Source: a virus (lineage: Duplodnaviria > Caudoviricetes). From it: a DNA stretch of 64,000 bases. Under the pieces are notes generated by a model, which saw only the letters and a list, made by a program, of their open reading frames with translations, was not told the origin of the DNA and did not search any database. The position numbers and the translations under genes were made by a program. This document shows, piece after piece, positions 1-13,200 of the stretch; within the stretch, counting starts at the first letter, position 1; each line of letters starts with the position of its first letter. The stretch is taken from IMG/VR virus record IMGVR_UViG_3300012662_000008, positions 64,001 to 128,000 of that record, one strand, 5' to 3'.

Positions 1-2
1 AA

Positions 3-1121
3 AGTAAGCCCAGCCTTTTTATAAGCATCGGCATTTCCTTTAAAAGCATCCGGAGTCCAGTATTCTTTTGTAGTGCTACCTGTGCCAGAACTACTTCCAG
101 ATTCTGTACCTGTTGCATCTGGCTCATATCCAAACAATTTAAGAATTCGTTTGTCATTATCCTTTACTTCCTCTCCAGCAGCAAGTCTATTTTCAAGATC
201 AATTAGATAATTATTAAAACCCTCGGTTCCATTAAAATTATCTTTTAATGCACGGATGTAGTCAAAATTTCATTTATCGACATCATTATAATTGTCTTTA
301 TTAAAATCATCAGCCCATATCGCACCAACAGCATCACGCATTGTATCGTACATTTGTTGGTTGGACTGCGCTCCTTTATTATATATCGATTTTCCATCTT
401 TGTCTTTATCATAGCTAAACCACCCGCTTCCACGTAAGAGTGATTTCTTTACTGGGCCGAGTTCTTTTTCAGGAGCATCTGGCGTAATTTCACCAGATAT
501 AAGAGTATTATAACTATCAAGATCTGCGTCTTTTTGTGTAGAAAAAGTAGCTGCCCAATTTCTGGCGAAACGACTTTTTGGAAGTGTTTTTGGAGTTATA
601 ATTGAATGCGTGATATCGTTCCCATCTTTATCAAAAAACCAAACTTTATTTCCTGCAACACGAATTCCGCCGCCATTATTTATTGCATTTAATGCATCAG
701 TTTGTGCTCTTTTATTAGAAGAGTTCCTAAACCTTTTATTTATTTCCTGTATTGCTCTAGCGCCGGTAACACGAACTCCATTTAACTCAAAAAAGCCATT
801 GTTTACCAATGCCGATTCAGCAGGATCTGCTGGAGCTGCACTTGTAGTAGATGCAGGCTTAGTAGCAGGAGTGGTTGTTACAACGGACTTAGCGCTAGAT
901 GTTCCTGTAGTTGTTGTACTAGGTGCGGCTCCTGTTTTTGTGTCAGTTGTACTAGACTGGGCCGGAGTAACTTGAGTTTTGTTTTCTTCACTAGCGGCAG
1001 CCTTCTTTTTTGCCTCTTCTTCCAGTCGCTTCTTTTTTTGTTCCTCTGTTTCATTTTTAGGCAGAGGGCCTGGAGCATTCTGGTATTTCTTTATTTGACT
1101 TCTATATATTACTTGTGACAT
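3..1121 (-). CDS. Large virion-associated/ejection-like protein, runs off the left edge (TGA=Trp at 270)
   Basis: ORF 270..1121 ends in TGA and the same frame stays open to the window edge. Low-complexity T/A/P/S linker. Confidence 0.55.
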
Positions 1122-1137
1122 ATATTATCATTTATTA

Positions 1138-1172
1138 AAAAAGGAGGAGCAGTTTTTATTCCACCCCTCCTT
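1138..1172 (-). terminator. Intrinsic terminator
   Basis: AAGGAGGGG...CTCCTCC hairpin followed by a T run on the minus strand. Confidence 0.55.
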
Positions 1173-1189
1173 ATAAAAGAAATCTTTAT

Positions 1190-1504
1190 TTACTTTCTAA
1201 TCTTAGCTCCACCGCAGGCCTTCTTATAGATCTTGCCTCCCTTGCGCTGGAAACCTACTTCTTGTGGTTGTGCACCAACTTCCTGTGCTGCTCCCTGGAG
1301 CATTTCCATAATAATCTGAGCGAGCATTGCTGCTGCATCTGGACCCATCTCCTGGATAATTTGTTGTGCTACTTGTGAGAGTTGTTGCATCATCTGTTCA
1401 TCACTTTGTGCTTGCTGCACCTCTTGTGCTGGAGCTCCCTGTGCCTCTGCTGGTACAGGCCCACCCTGTTGCATGTACTTTACATCAAATTTCTTAATTT
1501 TCAT
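1190..1504 (-). CDS. Small Q/A-rich crAss-like protein with QQGG/RKGG motifs
   Basis: Intact ORF. Motif pattern shared with other putative virion cargo proteins in the window. Confidence 0.7.
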   Translation of the reverse strand: MKIKKFDVKYMQQGGPVPAEAQGAPAQEVQQAQSDEQMMQQLSQVAQQIIQEMGPDAAAMLAQIIMEMLQGAAQEVGAQPQEVGFQRKGGKIYKKACGGAKIRK

Positions 1505-2438
1505 TTTCTATAAGTGTTTTTATATTTTTAAAAAAACTTGCCTCATCATATTCGTCGTATTTTATAATATATAAAGTACAATTATGTTCTGCAAGTAAAT
1601 CTTTCTTCTTATTATCCAATAACTTTCTTTTTTCAAATTCTATTTCTCCGCCAAAAAATTCAACTGGTTCATAATGTTGTCTTCCGTTATATTCAATTGC
1701 AAGATTCAATCTTGGATTAAAGATATCCACTCTTTGAAAGCCCAACCAAGTCGTTGTATATTCCCAAATCCACGGTTCATTTGGAAATTGTTCTTTTAGT
1801 TTTTCAAAAATTTTTTGTTGCATTTTTCAGTTTTTACAAAATGGACAACCACCTCCGCATATATGATTATGTGGTTTTTGCGAAAAGTCACCGTGGGTCT
1901 TGCATGTTATTATAACTGGTGTTTCCTTATCAGTATACTCTACTTTATCGTAGCTATAAAGGTTTCCATGTATCTCCCTCGCCTTTATTATAAATTCCTC
2001 TGTTGTAAAAGGCTTTGATTTCCCACAACAAATTGGACATCCATGACCACGAAGATGGTTCGTAAGCCGTTGTCTATATTTATAGTTATGTTTTTTACAC
2101 ACAATCATTATACAATCTTGCATATGTTCAGTTCCATCTATTTTATAGATGTACTTATCATTATGGATTTTAGCAAATTGATTTAACAATTTTTCTTTTC
2201 GGGCTTCCGCGTTTGGGTTTCAGATTCTCTTTGGAAGAACTTTATTTTCTAAAGCACATTTTGGACAGTTTTGTCCTTGTAAATGAGCGCCGGCTCGTTG
2301 AATAAAATCTCCATGTGTTTTGCATGTTATTATTACTTTATTTCTTTGCCCAGAGTAAATAGTCTTACTATAGTCGTATCTGTCCTTGTGAATTTCTCTA
2401 CATTTTTCTATAAATTTTTCTTGTGTTAATTTTCTCAT
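1494..2438 (-). CDS. Free-standing endonuclease: repeated Cys/His (DUF723-like) units plus C-terminal PD-(D/E)XK/Vsr-like nuclease, 314 aa, 2 TGA
   Basis: Three in-frame ORF pieces joined at TGA 2220 and 1827. Repeats 'IITCKTHGDF..HL.G..CP.C' and 'LAIEYNGRQHY'. Confidence 0.8.
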
Positions 2439-2458
2439 AGATCATATTACTTTTGTGG

Positions 2459-2532
2459 CAAAAGTAATAAAATAATTCGATATATGCAAATATATTTTGT
2501 GTTTGCTTTTTAAAAATATTATCTTATCTTTG
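2459..2532. promoter_or_regulatory. Divergent pair of Bacteroidota housekeeping-type promoters
   Basis: Minus strand TTTG(2487-90)-N20-TACTTTTG(2459-66). Plus strand TTTG(2502-05)-N19-TATCTTTG(2525-32). Both match TTTG-N19-21-TAnnTTTG. Confidence 0.6.
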
Positions 2533-2538
2533 TATTGC

Positions 2539-2632
2539 AATAAAATAATAAAAGAGCGTGACCGCTGCTACGGCAAACGACGTTAAACATTTTTAAGTAT
2601 TGCTAGCCCTTGCTGTTATAGCGGGGCTTTTT
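2539..2632 (+). ncRNA. Candidate ~95-nt small RNA
   Basis: Consensus promoter followed by an ORF-less stretch and a terminator AGCCCTTGCT..AGCGGGGCT-TTTTT. Confidence 0.35.
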
Positions 2633-2634
2633 TA

Positions 2635-3366
2635 TTATAGTTTGTATTCCTTTTCTATAACTCTATTTCTATTCAGAGCAGCTTCTCTTTCCAATGCAGC
2701 AATCCGCCGTTTCAAATCCTCATTTTCAGACTTAATTTCCTCTATATCAGACGTGTTTTTAACTACTTGCTGTGTAACAGCTTTTGCCCACAAAGCGGCT
2801 TGTTGCAGTCCAGCTAAATTGAAATTTTTTTGTATAACTGGCAGACCGGACTCATCTTTCTTTTCGGTAGCTTGCTCTTCCAAAAATCCGTGCTCGATAA
2901 GCCAAGTGTTATATTTCTTAATCGATTGTGTTGTTCACCCCGTTCTTCGGGATAGTTCTGTGTTTGTAAACGAGCATTTCCCCACTCCAGTATCTTTTCC
3001 GTATAAAAAAGGCTGTATGTCCATATAATATTCTTTTATATTCAATGGCATATCTAGTCTTAAAAAAGCTTCTGTGAACATTTCAAATTGTTTGTCCCAG
3101 TCACTTCTCGGGAAATAATAATGGTTTTTTCTGCCATCATTCGATTTTTGTACAACTCCAACTTCAATTAATCTTCCAATTGCTAGTTTTATTTTTCCTG
3201 TACTACACTGCAATAATTCAGCAATTGTCGAAACGGCGGGGAAACATTCTCTTGTATCTTCATTCATGTACGTTCTAATTGCGGCATAAATAATTTTATC
3301 GCCATGCTCTAAAGTGTGCGCTAATTTCATTGAGTCTAATATTCGTGGAACTTCAGTGTGTTGCAT
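2635..3366 (-). CDS. Double winged-helix/HTH replication-initiator-like protein, 243 aa, 1 TGA
   Basis: Pieces joined at TGA 2935 (RRTG-W-TTQSIKKY). HTH_36-like 'CFPAVSTIAELLQCS..I..L...G'. Confidence 0.7.
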
Positions 3367-3410
3367 TTTTTCAAAAAATTTTTATAAATTCATTAATCTT
3401 TTCTATAATG

Positions 3411-3441
3411 CAAATATAATATAAAAATTTTTAATATGCAA
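3411..3441 (-). promoter_or_regulatory. Bacteroidota promoter for the Rep-like gene
   Basis: TATATTTG at 3411-3418, TTG 20 nt upstream. Confidence 0.55.
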
Positions 3442-3466
3442 TACTAAAAACATAAAAAAGTGCTGT

Positions 3467-3563
3467 AATAAAATGACCACATCACGTAATAAATTGACCA
3501 TATCGCGAAATAAAATGACCAGATAAAAAAATAAAATGACCACATCAAGAAATAAATTGACCA
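3467..3563. repeat. Iteron-like array, 5 copies at exact 21-bp period
   Basis: AATAAA(A/T)TGACCA starts at 3467, 3488, 3509, 3530 and 3551. Confidence 0.85.
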
Positions 3564-3569
3564 CTAACT

Positions 3570-3617
3570 ATACTTAATATACTTAATATACCTAATATAC
3601 CTATGAACTATACCTAA
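3570..3617. repeat. AT-rich 9-bp tandem repeat ATAC(T/C)TAAT
   Basis: atacttaat atacttaat atacctaat atacctatg...atacctaa, next to the iterons. Confidence 0.75.
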
Positions 3618-3620
3618 GCA

Positions 3621-3962
3621 TTATCTGCGGTTAAAAGCTGGAAATAGCATATTTTCACGAAGTTTGTCCATTTCTATGTTTATCCGCTTTCACGCTTCTG
3701 GAGAAATTGTTTGCCCACCAAGTAGGTAGCCTGCCGTTGTTTTGTCGTGATTATATCCAGTGTGTGGAGAATATATAGTATCTCGTTGTGGAGATATTAA
3801 TGTAGTGTCTGCGGCTGCCGATCCTCCAACATATAAACTCCCTGGATAAAATACAATCTGGCGTTGTGTTCCGTCTGGAAACGTTTCTATTCTAGTTTGA
3901 GCTAATACATCGTTAGTTCCAGGCAATTCTGTTTCTTTTGTTCTTGTTTTATAAACTCCCAT
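3621..3962 (-). CDS. Hypothetical protein, 113 aa, 1 TGA
   Basis: Readthrough of TGA 3690 to TAA 3621. Confidence 0.6.
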
Positions 3963-3968
3963 AATTTT

Positions 3969-4574
3969 TTAATTTTTAGCTTTTACATACTCGGCTTTTC
4001 TATGATTTTGGGCATCTATCTCTTTAAAAACATATCTACCCAACGCCTTGTAATCTACATCACTCTTACTTTGAAATGCTTTTTCTGCCTTTCCAATAAT
4101 TATGCGGCTTGACTTTCTTGACATAATTCTTTCCCCACCTTCTAATATAGCCTGTGGTTGCCCATCCGAACCAATAACATACATTGTGTTCGGTTCTAAT
4201 TCTATGTCAGATTCTTCTTCCGCGTAATCATCATCGCTATCTATTTCAAGTACATCACCGGGTTCCACATCACTACCAGCATTTAACTCGACGACATACT
4301 TCACATTATCTTCAGAAATGAAATCCTCGTTATTTGGTTCGCCCTTTTTAACAGAGATAACTTCTTTATCTTCTCCGAAAAATATAATATCTAGTTCGAG
4401 GTCACAATCTTTCATTCAGAAATCAACGTGTTGTGGTTCGTCATAAAAGAAAATGCATCCCTCATCATTATCCATCTCCTCTACATTTTGTAAGCCTTGT
4501 GCTCGCTCCTCTTCAGTACGGGCAGCGAGCACTTTGTACGGCTTCTTTTCTATTTTTATATTAATCGTCTCCAT
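3969..4574 (-). CDS. DUF192 (UPF0127) family protein, 201 aa
   Basis: ARTEEERAQGL..EGCIF..VDF-W(TGA 4416)-MKDCDLELDIIF..YVVELNAG matches the family motifs. Confidence 0.85.
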
Positions 4575-5973
4575 CTAAAAATTCTCCAGTATTATCATCG
4601 GTATTGCACATAATCTCACGAGCAAGTAACTTGCCAGCACGTATCATTGCTTTTTCAGAACCGTCTTTCATTAACTCCTCTATCTTATCTGTAAGCTTCT
4701 TTCGAAAAATAATTTCCGCTGACTCGATCTCTGCAAGTTGCTGATAGTCAACACCTTGCGAATCTGTAGCAATAACTGGTATGCCTTTTTCGGTCACTTT
4801 ATCCATGTCTGGATTTGCCTCTTCAAGATGATTCTTATGGGCATGTAAGGCACCTTCTGGTATCACATTAGTATCTATGCCAGGTAACTTTTCAGACTCG
4901 TCAGACGCCTTTTCTACCCCCTTTTTGGGCATGTTTGAGCGCGCTTCTAGGATTACTGCAATCATATGCTTATCTGGCAATTCCATTCCATGCCTAGCAA
5001 GAGCTGTTGCGCCACTATTGCCGGAGTATCTATTTTGGTTTTGTGCATTAAGTTCCTGCGAGTAAGTATTTTCTTTTGCAAGTGTGTTTGTGCGACTAAT
5101 ATTCGTTAACAACTTATTTCGTTCATTAGCCTCATCTATCTTTGCTTGCATTTTATTTTGCGCCCTACGTAAGAACCATGCCATTCCAGTACCACCAACA
5201 GCCGCAGCTGCGTCCATTTGTTTAAGAGACCCAGAAAATGCATTTCGTACATTTTCTGTATCTTGAGAAATTTCTGCATTTGTCAATTTTTTGGTTGCAA
5301 TATTTCCGAAACCAGCTGAGCCAGGTAAGGAACTAAAAACGTGTTGAACCCAGTTTGCTGCTTTAACATCACTTCCAAGTCCCAGATCTTCTATTTGTTC
5401 GTCTGTATAATCTGCAGCTCGCAATCCCGTCGCATCTGTAATTCCATCGACTGCCTTTGTTGCAAGTCCAATTGCCATCGCATATGGATTTCCAGATTTT
5501 ATTGCAGCATCAGAAATCGAATCTCTCACTTGCTTTGTAGTATCACTAGCTCCGAATCCAGCTACTCCAGATTTTTGATATAATGCATTTCCAACGGCAT
5601 TTACTGGCTCTGTTAATGCACTCATTATATCTACCCCACTAGAGCCTTTTTGAGATATATCTGCGCCATCACCTTTTGGTTTGTTTTCCTTTGCTCACTT
5701 TTTTTCCACTTTTTCATTTTGGCCCTGCGTAAGATCTGTCATAACTTTTGTTGCACTTGCAGTTTCTGGAGTTGCAACAGATGTTTCTGTAACTGGGTGT
5801 GTTGCAGTCATCATTCTTGCATGTGACCCTGCGTTATAATCCTCAAGTAATTTATTTACGTCTATAATACCAGACTCATCGGGGATATCGTACTCATTAA
5901 CATTCTTGCGTGTTTTTAGAGCTTTTACTCCGGTAAGATTCGTAGGATCTAATCAACTATTATTTTCTCACAT
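4561..5973 (-). CDS. Putative virion cargo/ejection protein, 470 aa, TGA at codons 2 and 7 plus one more
   Basis: Frame open from ATG 5973 (right after the upstream TAA) to 4561. 'NVIPEGALHAHKNHL' crAss-type segment. Confidence 0.7.
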
Positions 5974-5974
5974 A

Positions 5975-8900
5975 TTATGCGTAACTTTGTGTATATATTG
6001 TTTTCAATGCCGTTATCACAGCAAGATCTTTTCCAGAGTATTTAACGCGTATTCTAACGTATTTATCTCGTATTCTGGTTTCTTTATTTCGGCTTCCGTC
6101 TTTGTATTTAATCGGATCTATTTGCACATTTCAAGAGTCCTCTATATATTGAGTATTTCCAAGTCTCCTACCGACTTTACGAACGTCTTTACAATCTTGC
6201 TCAACTTTGATTGCCTTCTTATTTTGGTAATCTAGACTGGCAATTATCTCTGCATTATCTAGATCTCGGTCTTTTAACGGAGTACCAACTAAGCCGTAAA
6301 CATCACCATCAATTATATATTCAATTTCCTCTGGAGCAACATTATTGGAAATAATCACGAGATTGTTAAAAATCTTATGCATTCCAACCTGATCATTACA
6401 AACATATTCAAACTCAAACGGATATTGTCTATCGTACCAATAACATGGCTTTATTTCAAGCCCCTCTACATCATCGAATATTCCGGCCTGACCATGCACG
6501 AAAAAGCCATTTGTTAAAACATTGTTAATTTGTTTCTGAAATTTATCTTTGCTATTGATAATCATCCCAACAATTGTATCGTACGGTTTTTCATTTTCGC
6601 CATATAAGCACCAATAAGTGATGTGTATATCATACTGCACTGGCATCTTTGTCTCGGAAAACGCATTTATAAACGCACTAAGCCCACTAGAAGTTATTCT
6701 TCAGTTTGTTTTCTTTCCAGAATCCGTATCCTCATCAGAACCAACTTGGAAAAGTTCAGCAATTTTTTCTTTGCCTGTTATTTCATCGTAAACAAGCTTT
6801 TCGTCATTTTCATCATATAAACAATAAACAACTTTATTTATTTTTATATCAGAAATCCCGTCAATAGCCATCCCTTCTGGAGCTACAAGTTTTGTTTCAA
6901 AATTAATAACATTTTTATTATCAAGGTCCCAAACTGCGTTTGTGCTATTAAGATCATAAGATGCGTTTTTACTGTCATATATTTGTGCTAACGAGGTGAC
7001 TCTTTCTCGATCCATTGAATAAAATATATTATCAATATTTTCAGAACACAATGGTATTCAATCATATTGTGTAATTCATTTACTTAATCTCTCATTATAA
7101 CAAACATTTCATTTTTCGTCCTCACGTTCATTATAAAAAGTAAACATAACATCTCCTTTAAAATTGTTATAATGTGTTTTAACATTTCTAAGGCCAATTT
7201 TAACAGTTTTGTCTAATTCACTAAGTTTTATATGTTCGTTCAAAAACTTCTGTATTTTCATATCAGAAATGGTCTCAAAACCATTTTGTTGTGTGATGCG
7301 CCATATCTTCTTCGCAGTAGTATCAACACCATACACACCAATTGGTGTACGAATAATCGAATCTTGTCAGATGCTTCCAAAATCAGGATTGATAACAGTG
7401 ACCTGATTTTGCAGTACACCTGCTCCGTACATATGCACAGATTGCCCAGTTTGTGTAGAAAGCAATGCCTTTTCATTTACAGGTAAAATTCCTACACCAT
7501 GCTCGAATATGCACAAAAGATTGCTATTCCATGGAAGTAATTTTACAATTGCGCCGTATTGTCTTTCAATATCCTGATAATCAAGTGATTGGAAGATTCT
7601 ATATGCATTCTGGAAATTACCGTAAGTTTGTGCATTACTAAACATCACCCTATTATCAAACATATCCTTTATATAAGGAAGGTTTGGTGCAGAGAAATTT
7701 TGTCTTTGTCCAACCGTTGCATTGTACCCCTGATTTAATAACGCAGAATCAGCAACCTTTGAAGGAGCAGACGTCGAAATATCATTAACCGGGTAAAAGT
7801 ATCTAGGATTTCCCATCAATGCATATTCGTCTGTTTGTGTTCTATCAATTGATCTAAGACCAAGATTGTAATTGGACATGCATTTAAAAGTGACCCATTG
7901 TCCAAGTGCTACTGTATTTAAGTCTGCCCTATTTATTTTACTATAATCACCCTGTCCATCCTTTAACTCTTCTGCCCCCATTTTCATATTTCCCATGCCT
8001 TTGTAGTTATCTTTTCATGTATTGCGATCAACGATGGTATTATTAATAGGAACTTCAGGGTCAATAAAATTACGATTCATTCGTATTGTTACGGTGTTTG
8101 TATAACAATCTCCTCTATATGCGTCTACTTCACTATGTGTAGTTGTATCGCCTATTTCGTAACGATCGGTAATTGCATAAAAAGGAGCTGTGTCAAGACC
8201 ACGCACAGTAAAATAATCAGCGAGGAATTGCTCATTATAATCACGCTGCATTATATTGTACATTTCTCCGTAAGGGAGTCTTGTGGTAGCACCTATAAAA
8301 GGAGCGTATAATCCACGAACTAAATTAACATTATCGGCAGAGTACTCACTTTTATTTCTAAATAATCCAAATTGGCTAACATCCTCTGCATTTCCAACCT
8401 GGGTAGCAAAAGTATATCCGTTAACAATTTTGGACGAACAATTATTATCAACATATATCATATTGACCTTACCATAGTTTGTAAGGTTTGAGGATTGCCC
8501 ATTTTGTATATAATAATGCCTACTTTTATCTAGAGATTGTGTTAGTCCCATTCCTTCAGTAGTTTTAAAAATCCCAAACTCAGAACCATCAAACATTGAT
8601 CTTAACTCAGGTATTAATGTTGCATCAAGTGCGAGTAACCCAGATCCAAAAGAAACTGTAGTTTCTCTTACGTGGTTTGCGTAATCATTAGCTAATTCCC
8701 TACTTCCGTTCAAAAAACTCTCTGCAGAAAACGTAGTAGCACCATTCTCTTTTTTAGTTGCCAACATTGGTATTGAACAACCTTCATCAATTCCAACCGA
8801 GTAACCCTGGCAGAGTGTTAACGGAATTCGTTTCTGTCTAACAAAAAAATATCCTCGAACCCCTCTTTTTTCAAGCTCTTGTTTTACTCAAGGATGTATA

Positions 8901-10234
8901 TCAAAATTGTAATATATTGGTTTGACAGAACTACTTGCGTAATCAATAACAGACAGATCTGGATTTTTAAAAACTCCGTAAGTGTTATCTAGCCAATCAG
9001 GACTGTTAAGCATAGTGTTTTTATTGAGCTTTATAAGAGAACCATCTGTTTCATCAAACATATAAGTAGTATCATAATCAATATTCGATCTTCCTCCAGC
9101 CTTTTCTTCTTTATCAGAGAAATTACAACCTCGTAAGTTAAAAACGGGGCTAAGTGACCCGTCCTGCATAATATAAACAACTCCTAGCCTATATAACTCG
9201 TTTGGCCAATATCCTAGCTTGTAATATAGGTTAAGTGGGTTGTAGTATTCACACAACGTTGGTTTGTTTGTATCACTCGCCTTGTAATTACTAGGATTTA
9301 CTCATCCAATTCCTTCCTCGTCTTGCTTTACAGAAACTCTAATATAATAAGAAATTGCTTGTAGATCGTCAATTGGTAATGTATTTTGTTCAATATTTCC
9401 AAAAAAGATCATATTCTGTATTTGGACTTCTGTTTTTGCACAAGTTATCAGGTTGTATTGTATATTAAGTTCGTCAACAGAAATGTCCAAAAGATCCTCG
9501 AAGCCATTTAATGTAAAATATTCAGTTTCAGAACCTATGCTATATGCACTTTTTACTTGGTATGCTTTTGTGGTGCGAACCCCATTCATATCACTAGTTT
9601 CCCTAGTAAAATATAAAAACAATTGTGAAAAAGAACGATCTAGATTTGTTGCCTTTAATTTAATTGTTTTATCGGTGGTTTCGTCTAACAACGTTCCTGA
9701 AATAGACGGTATATTTTCGTAACTACCTTTGTATATATAAACTTGCCCGGATTCTGCTAGAAAGTCAGTTTTATTGCCATCAGCATCGGCTAATCGTATA
9801 TAAAAGGTATATGTACCACCTTTAAGATTTCCCCCGGAAATAACGTTATTTAACGTTATAACCGGGATTTTATCTGTACTTTTTATAAGCCTAGTTTGTA
9901 GGTCTATCTTTTTTTCATCGTATAAGTTACTCTGTTGTGTTTGGTTTCTGTTAATTACTCGAAATTTGTTGTTTTCTATTTTAGAAAAACGAGAGTTGAT
10001 AATTCTAGGTGGATTTTTATCATCCGTTAAAATTAAGTTAACTGTACCATCATAAGAAGGTTGGCACTCAATTGAAACAGGATGTTCCAGATCTATTTTA
10101 AGACTAGAATTATCTATATTAAACCCAGTTATTTTACCATCAGAAACCAAATTTCGCAATGCGGAGTATGTATGTTGCAAGTCACCACTTTGGGCGAATC
10201 TTTGCAAGTGTAGTGTGTATGTTGTTGATGACAT
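5975..10234 (-). CDS. Large tail (muzzle/stabilisation-type) protein, ~1419 aa, many TGA
   Basis: Seven ORF-track pieces share one frame and each ends in TGA. C-terminus ETRIRDKYVRIRVKYSG. Position in the tail module. Confidence 0.75.
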
Positions 10235-10236
10235 AA

Positions 10237-13200
10237 TTAATTCGTTAATATAAATGATGTGCTAGGAGACGCACCAAACCCAATTGAATAAGTAGCTTCG
10301 CCGTGTCCACCATTAGATCAATAACCATGAGTAAGTTTATCATTAACAAAACTATATGAATTATTATTTAGTGCATCTACAACTTTGTTGTACGTTGAAT
10401 TAATTTCATCACCTCCAACTCATACATACCAAAGATTTGTATCTGACGTTAGGTTATTAATGTACGTTAGGCAGTCATCTACTGCAGCCAAACTCTTTTG
10501 GGTGGACGATTCATTAGTATATTCATCTATCTCACTTTTTAGTTTATCTAATTCAATAGATAAGGTGTTCTGATCAAATTCTGATTCCTGTATATGTAAA
10601 ACCACGTTATCATTAACCTCTTTTATAGTTTTGTTTTTTGTTAGATTGTTAAAATTTGTGTTAGAATTAAAACTTAAACTAGAGAATTGATTAAACATTG
10701 GTTCTGGATCTATAGTGATTTTTGTATTAATCTGAACATTACTCAAACTGAAAGATCTTGAGCTATTATGTTGTGTAATTGTAACAAAGCCGCCATTTAG
10801 TGATTGCGATGTTTTTTCAAAACAATAAATATTTTTTCGTAATTTATTAACTAAGCTTGAAAAATCAGCCCAACTAGAAGAGTTGTTCCTAAAAAAATAT
10901 AAACAGTGATTTAATGTATGTCTATTTCTTATCATCAGACAATATGATCCAGCATGATATCATTCGTCGCGTTTATCTCCACCTATGCTTACAAAATCTG
11001 ATCCTGAAGGGTCAGAAAAACAATGTATTCACGTTCGATTTTGATTATCATTGTTTCATTTAATAGCTTGTATTTGTAGTTCTACCGGTCACAATACTTC
11101 GTCTTCTTGAAATCTCTTATATAAATAAACATATGGATCATAACCATACGGCCTTTCATCGTTTCCTTCACGATGTACTGTTACCGTCTCAATATATGTC
11201 CTTATATTTAGAGTGTGCAATTTAGTTGGAGATGTTTCACTCGGTGCTGTATCAAATGCAATTATAGATTTGTCATATGGATATATTCCGTCAGTTGGCT
11301 CACCAATTGGTGTGTATTTATAATCGAACATATCTTTTCCAAAACTAACTCAATTCAAACTAACAGTTTCAGACAACATCCCGCTTGTTGTTACAGATAT
11401 ATTTTTTTTAACATCTTCTAGTTTTCCTGTATATTTGTTAAATTGTTTATTATTTGGTTCTAACCCTATTTCTATATTTGCATTTACGTCTAAAAATCTT
11501 CACATTGGTCCATGCGGAATAATTATATTAGATAAAATTCCATCGGACTTTATTGTGTAATATTGTTCAGTATATATTTTTTGGTTATTATTATAATTAA
11601 TGATTTGATTAAATTGATCCTTTGTTATAAACTTGTCATATATAGCAACTTGCATATTGTGTTTAAGTTCTCTAAATCATAGAGGCGCTTGTGTATTTAT
11701 TGTTTTTTCAATAACATATGTTGGGGAATTAAGATTTTCTTCACCTATAACATATTTCTCATAATTAGCAAACCACCTATCAAAAGTAATTTCATAGTAC
11801 TTAGCATCGTTAAATCCATTCATTAATTTAGAGGCAATAACAAGCCTTTTCATATTGTCATTCTGGAAATATTTATTATCCAAAATAATCCTGAACTGCA
11901 ATAAGTATATGTCCTCTGGAACAATCTGTTTGTAATTATGTCCGCTACCGTCTATGTTTTTATTGCCAGAGTCATCAGAACCATCAAAAGATTTGTCATA
12001 TTTCACAAGATTGATCGTAAGAGATGTCGTAATATCTTCCGCGGTCTCCCATGTATCAACTTGGTGATAATCAGGAGTTGTTTGTTCAATATTGTTTCTA
12101 ATTGGAGTCCAATTTAATGTACTGTTAGTTTCTCCTGTAAGACGAGATAATCCCCATTCAAGTCTAGCACCGACCGTATTTGCCATTCCTGTTGTGTTGA
12201 ACATTACCTTAAGTTCAGATTCATCTTCACTAAGAGCGTAGGTAAAATAATTGTTTCCTATTTCAACGTTGTTTTCATCAAAAGATGTTGCATCTGCCGT
12301 GTATGTATATTCCTTTTTAAACTTGTCATATGCAACATTTCCTATATAAGGAGTTGCTGTTACTGTGATCCTGCAACCCTTCATAACAGTGAATGTATAT
12401 GATTTTCCCTCAGTGTTAAAATAATATTGACCATTTGGCATATTAACTGGAGTATTTTCAAACAAATCTTCACCAGATATTGTCCGCTCCCCTATAATAA
12501 TATTGCCATTGTTATCAGTTTCAAAGATTAAGTTTCCATTTTCGTCTTTTAATTCATTACCTTCCTTATCCTTTTTAACTACGTAAGTTTGGTCGAGCGT
12601 GACCTCATATATAACTTTTGCTTGTATATTTTTTGTTGTCTCTTTTCCCTCACTATCCACTTCTTTTATCTCAACCGGACCTTTATATAGCCCATCCGAC
12701 ATCAATGTACGAAACTTTAAGTTTATATTAAGTTCTGCTGGAATGTTATCGCCTTTAAAATTTGGAGAGTTTCCAGTAGTAAAATTAATTAAGAAATTAT
12801 CTATATCCGGAAAACATAATTTAACAGCGAGTCACCCAGGTATTTTTCAACGAACCTCGTCATTCTTACTCATAGCCGAACTTTTATATGCAAGATGTTC
12901 TTGTATATATTCGTCAATATTCGTAAGATTTCTATTTTCGTCCATAATATAAAATTCAGTCTTTTGAAAAGGTTCTTGTTTTATTCCTGTAATAACAGTT
13001 TCCTTTATTACATTGCCGTCTTCATCGAGCTGTTTTTTCCCATTTTCATCTAAGACCTCTCTCTCTTCTTTCACCTCATTTCCCTCCCACTCAATTTTAA
13101 CCTGGTCTCCTGGGTTTATTTTCCAACGTTCTGGGTCTTTATCTGTAAAAACTTGTATGTGATATTTATCTAAAAGATCTGTATATGTTTGTGTTTGTGT

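Noticed and set aside
3467-3563. Mini CRISPR array
   Set aside because: The 21-bp period leaves only about 8 similar nt between cores. There are no unique spacers and no cas genes.
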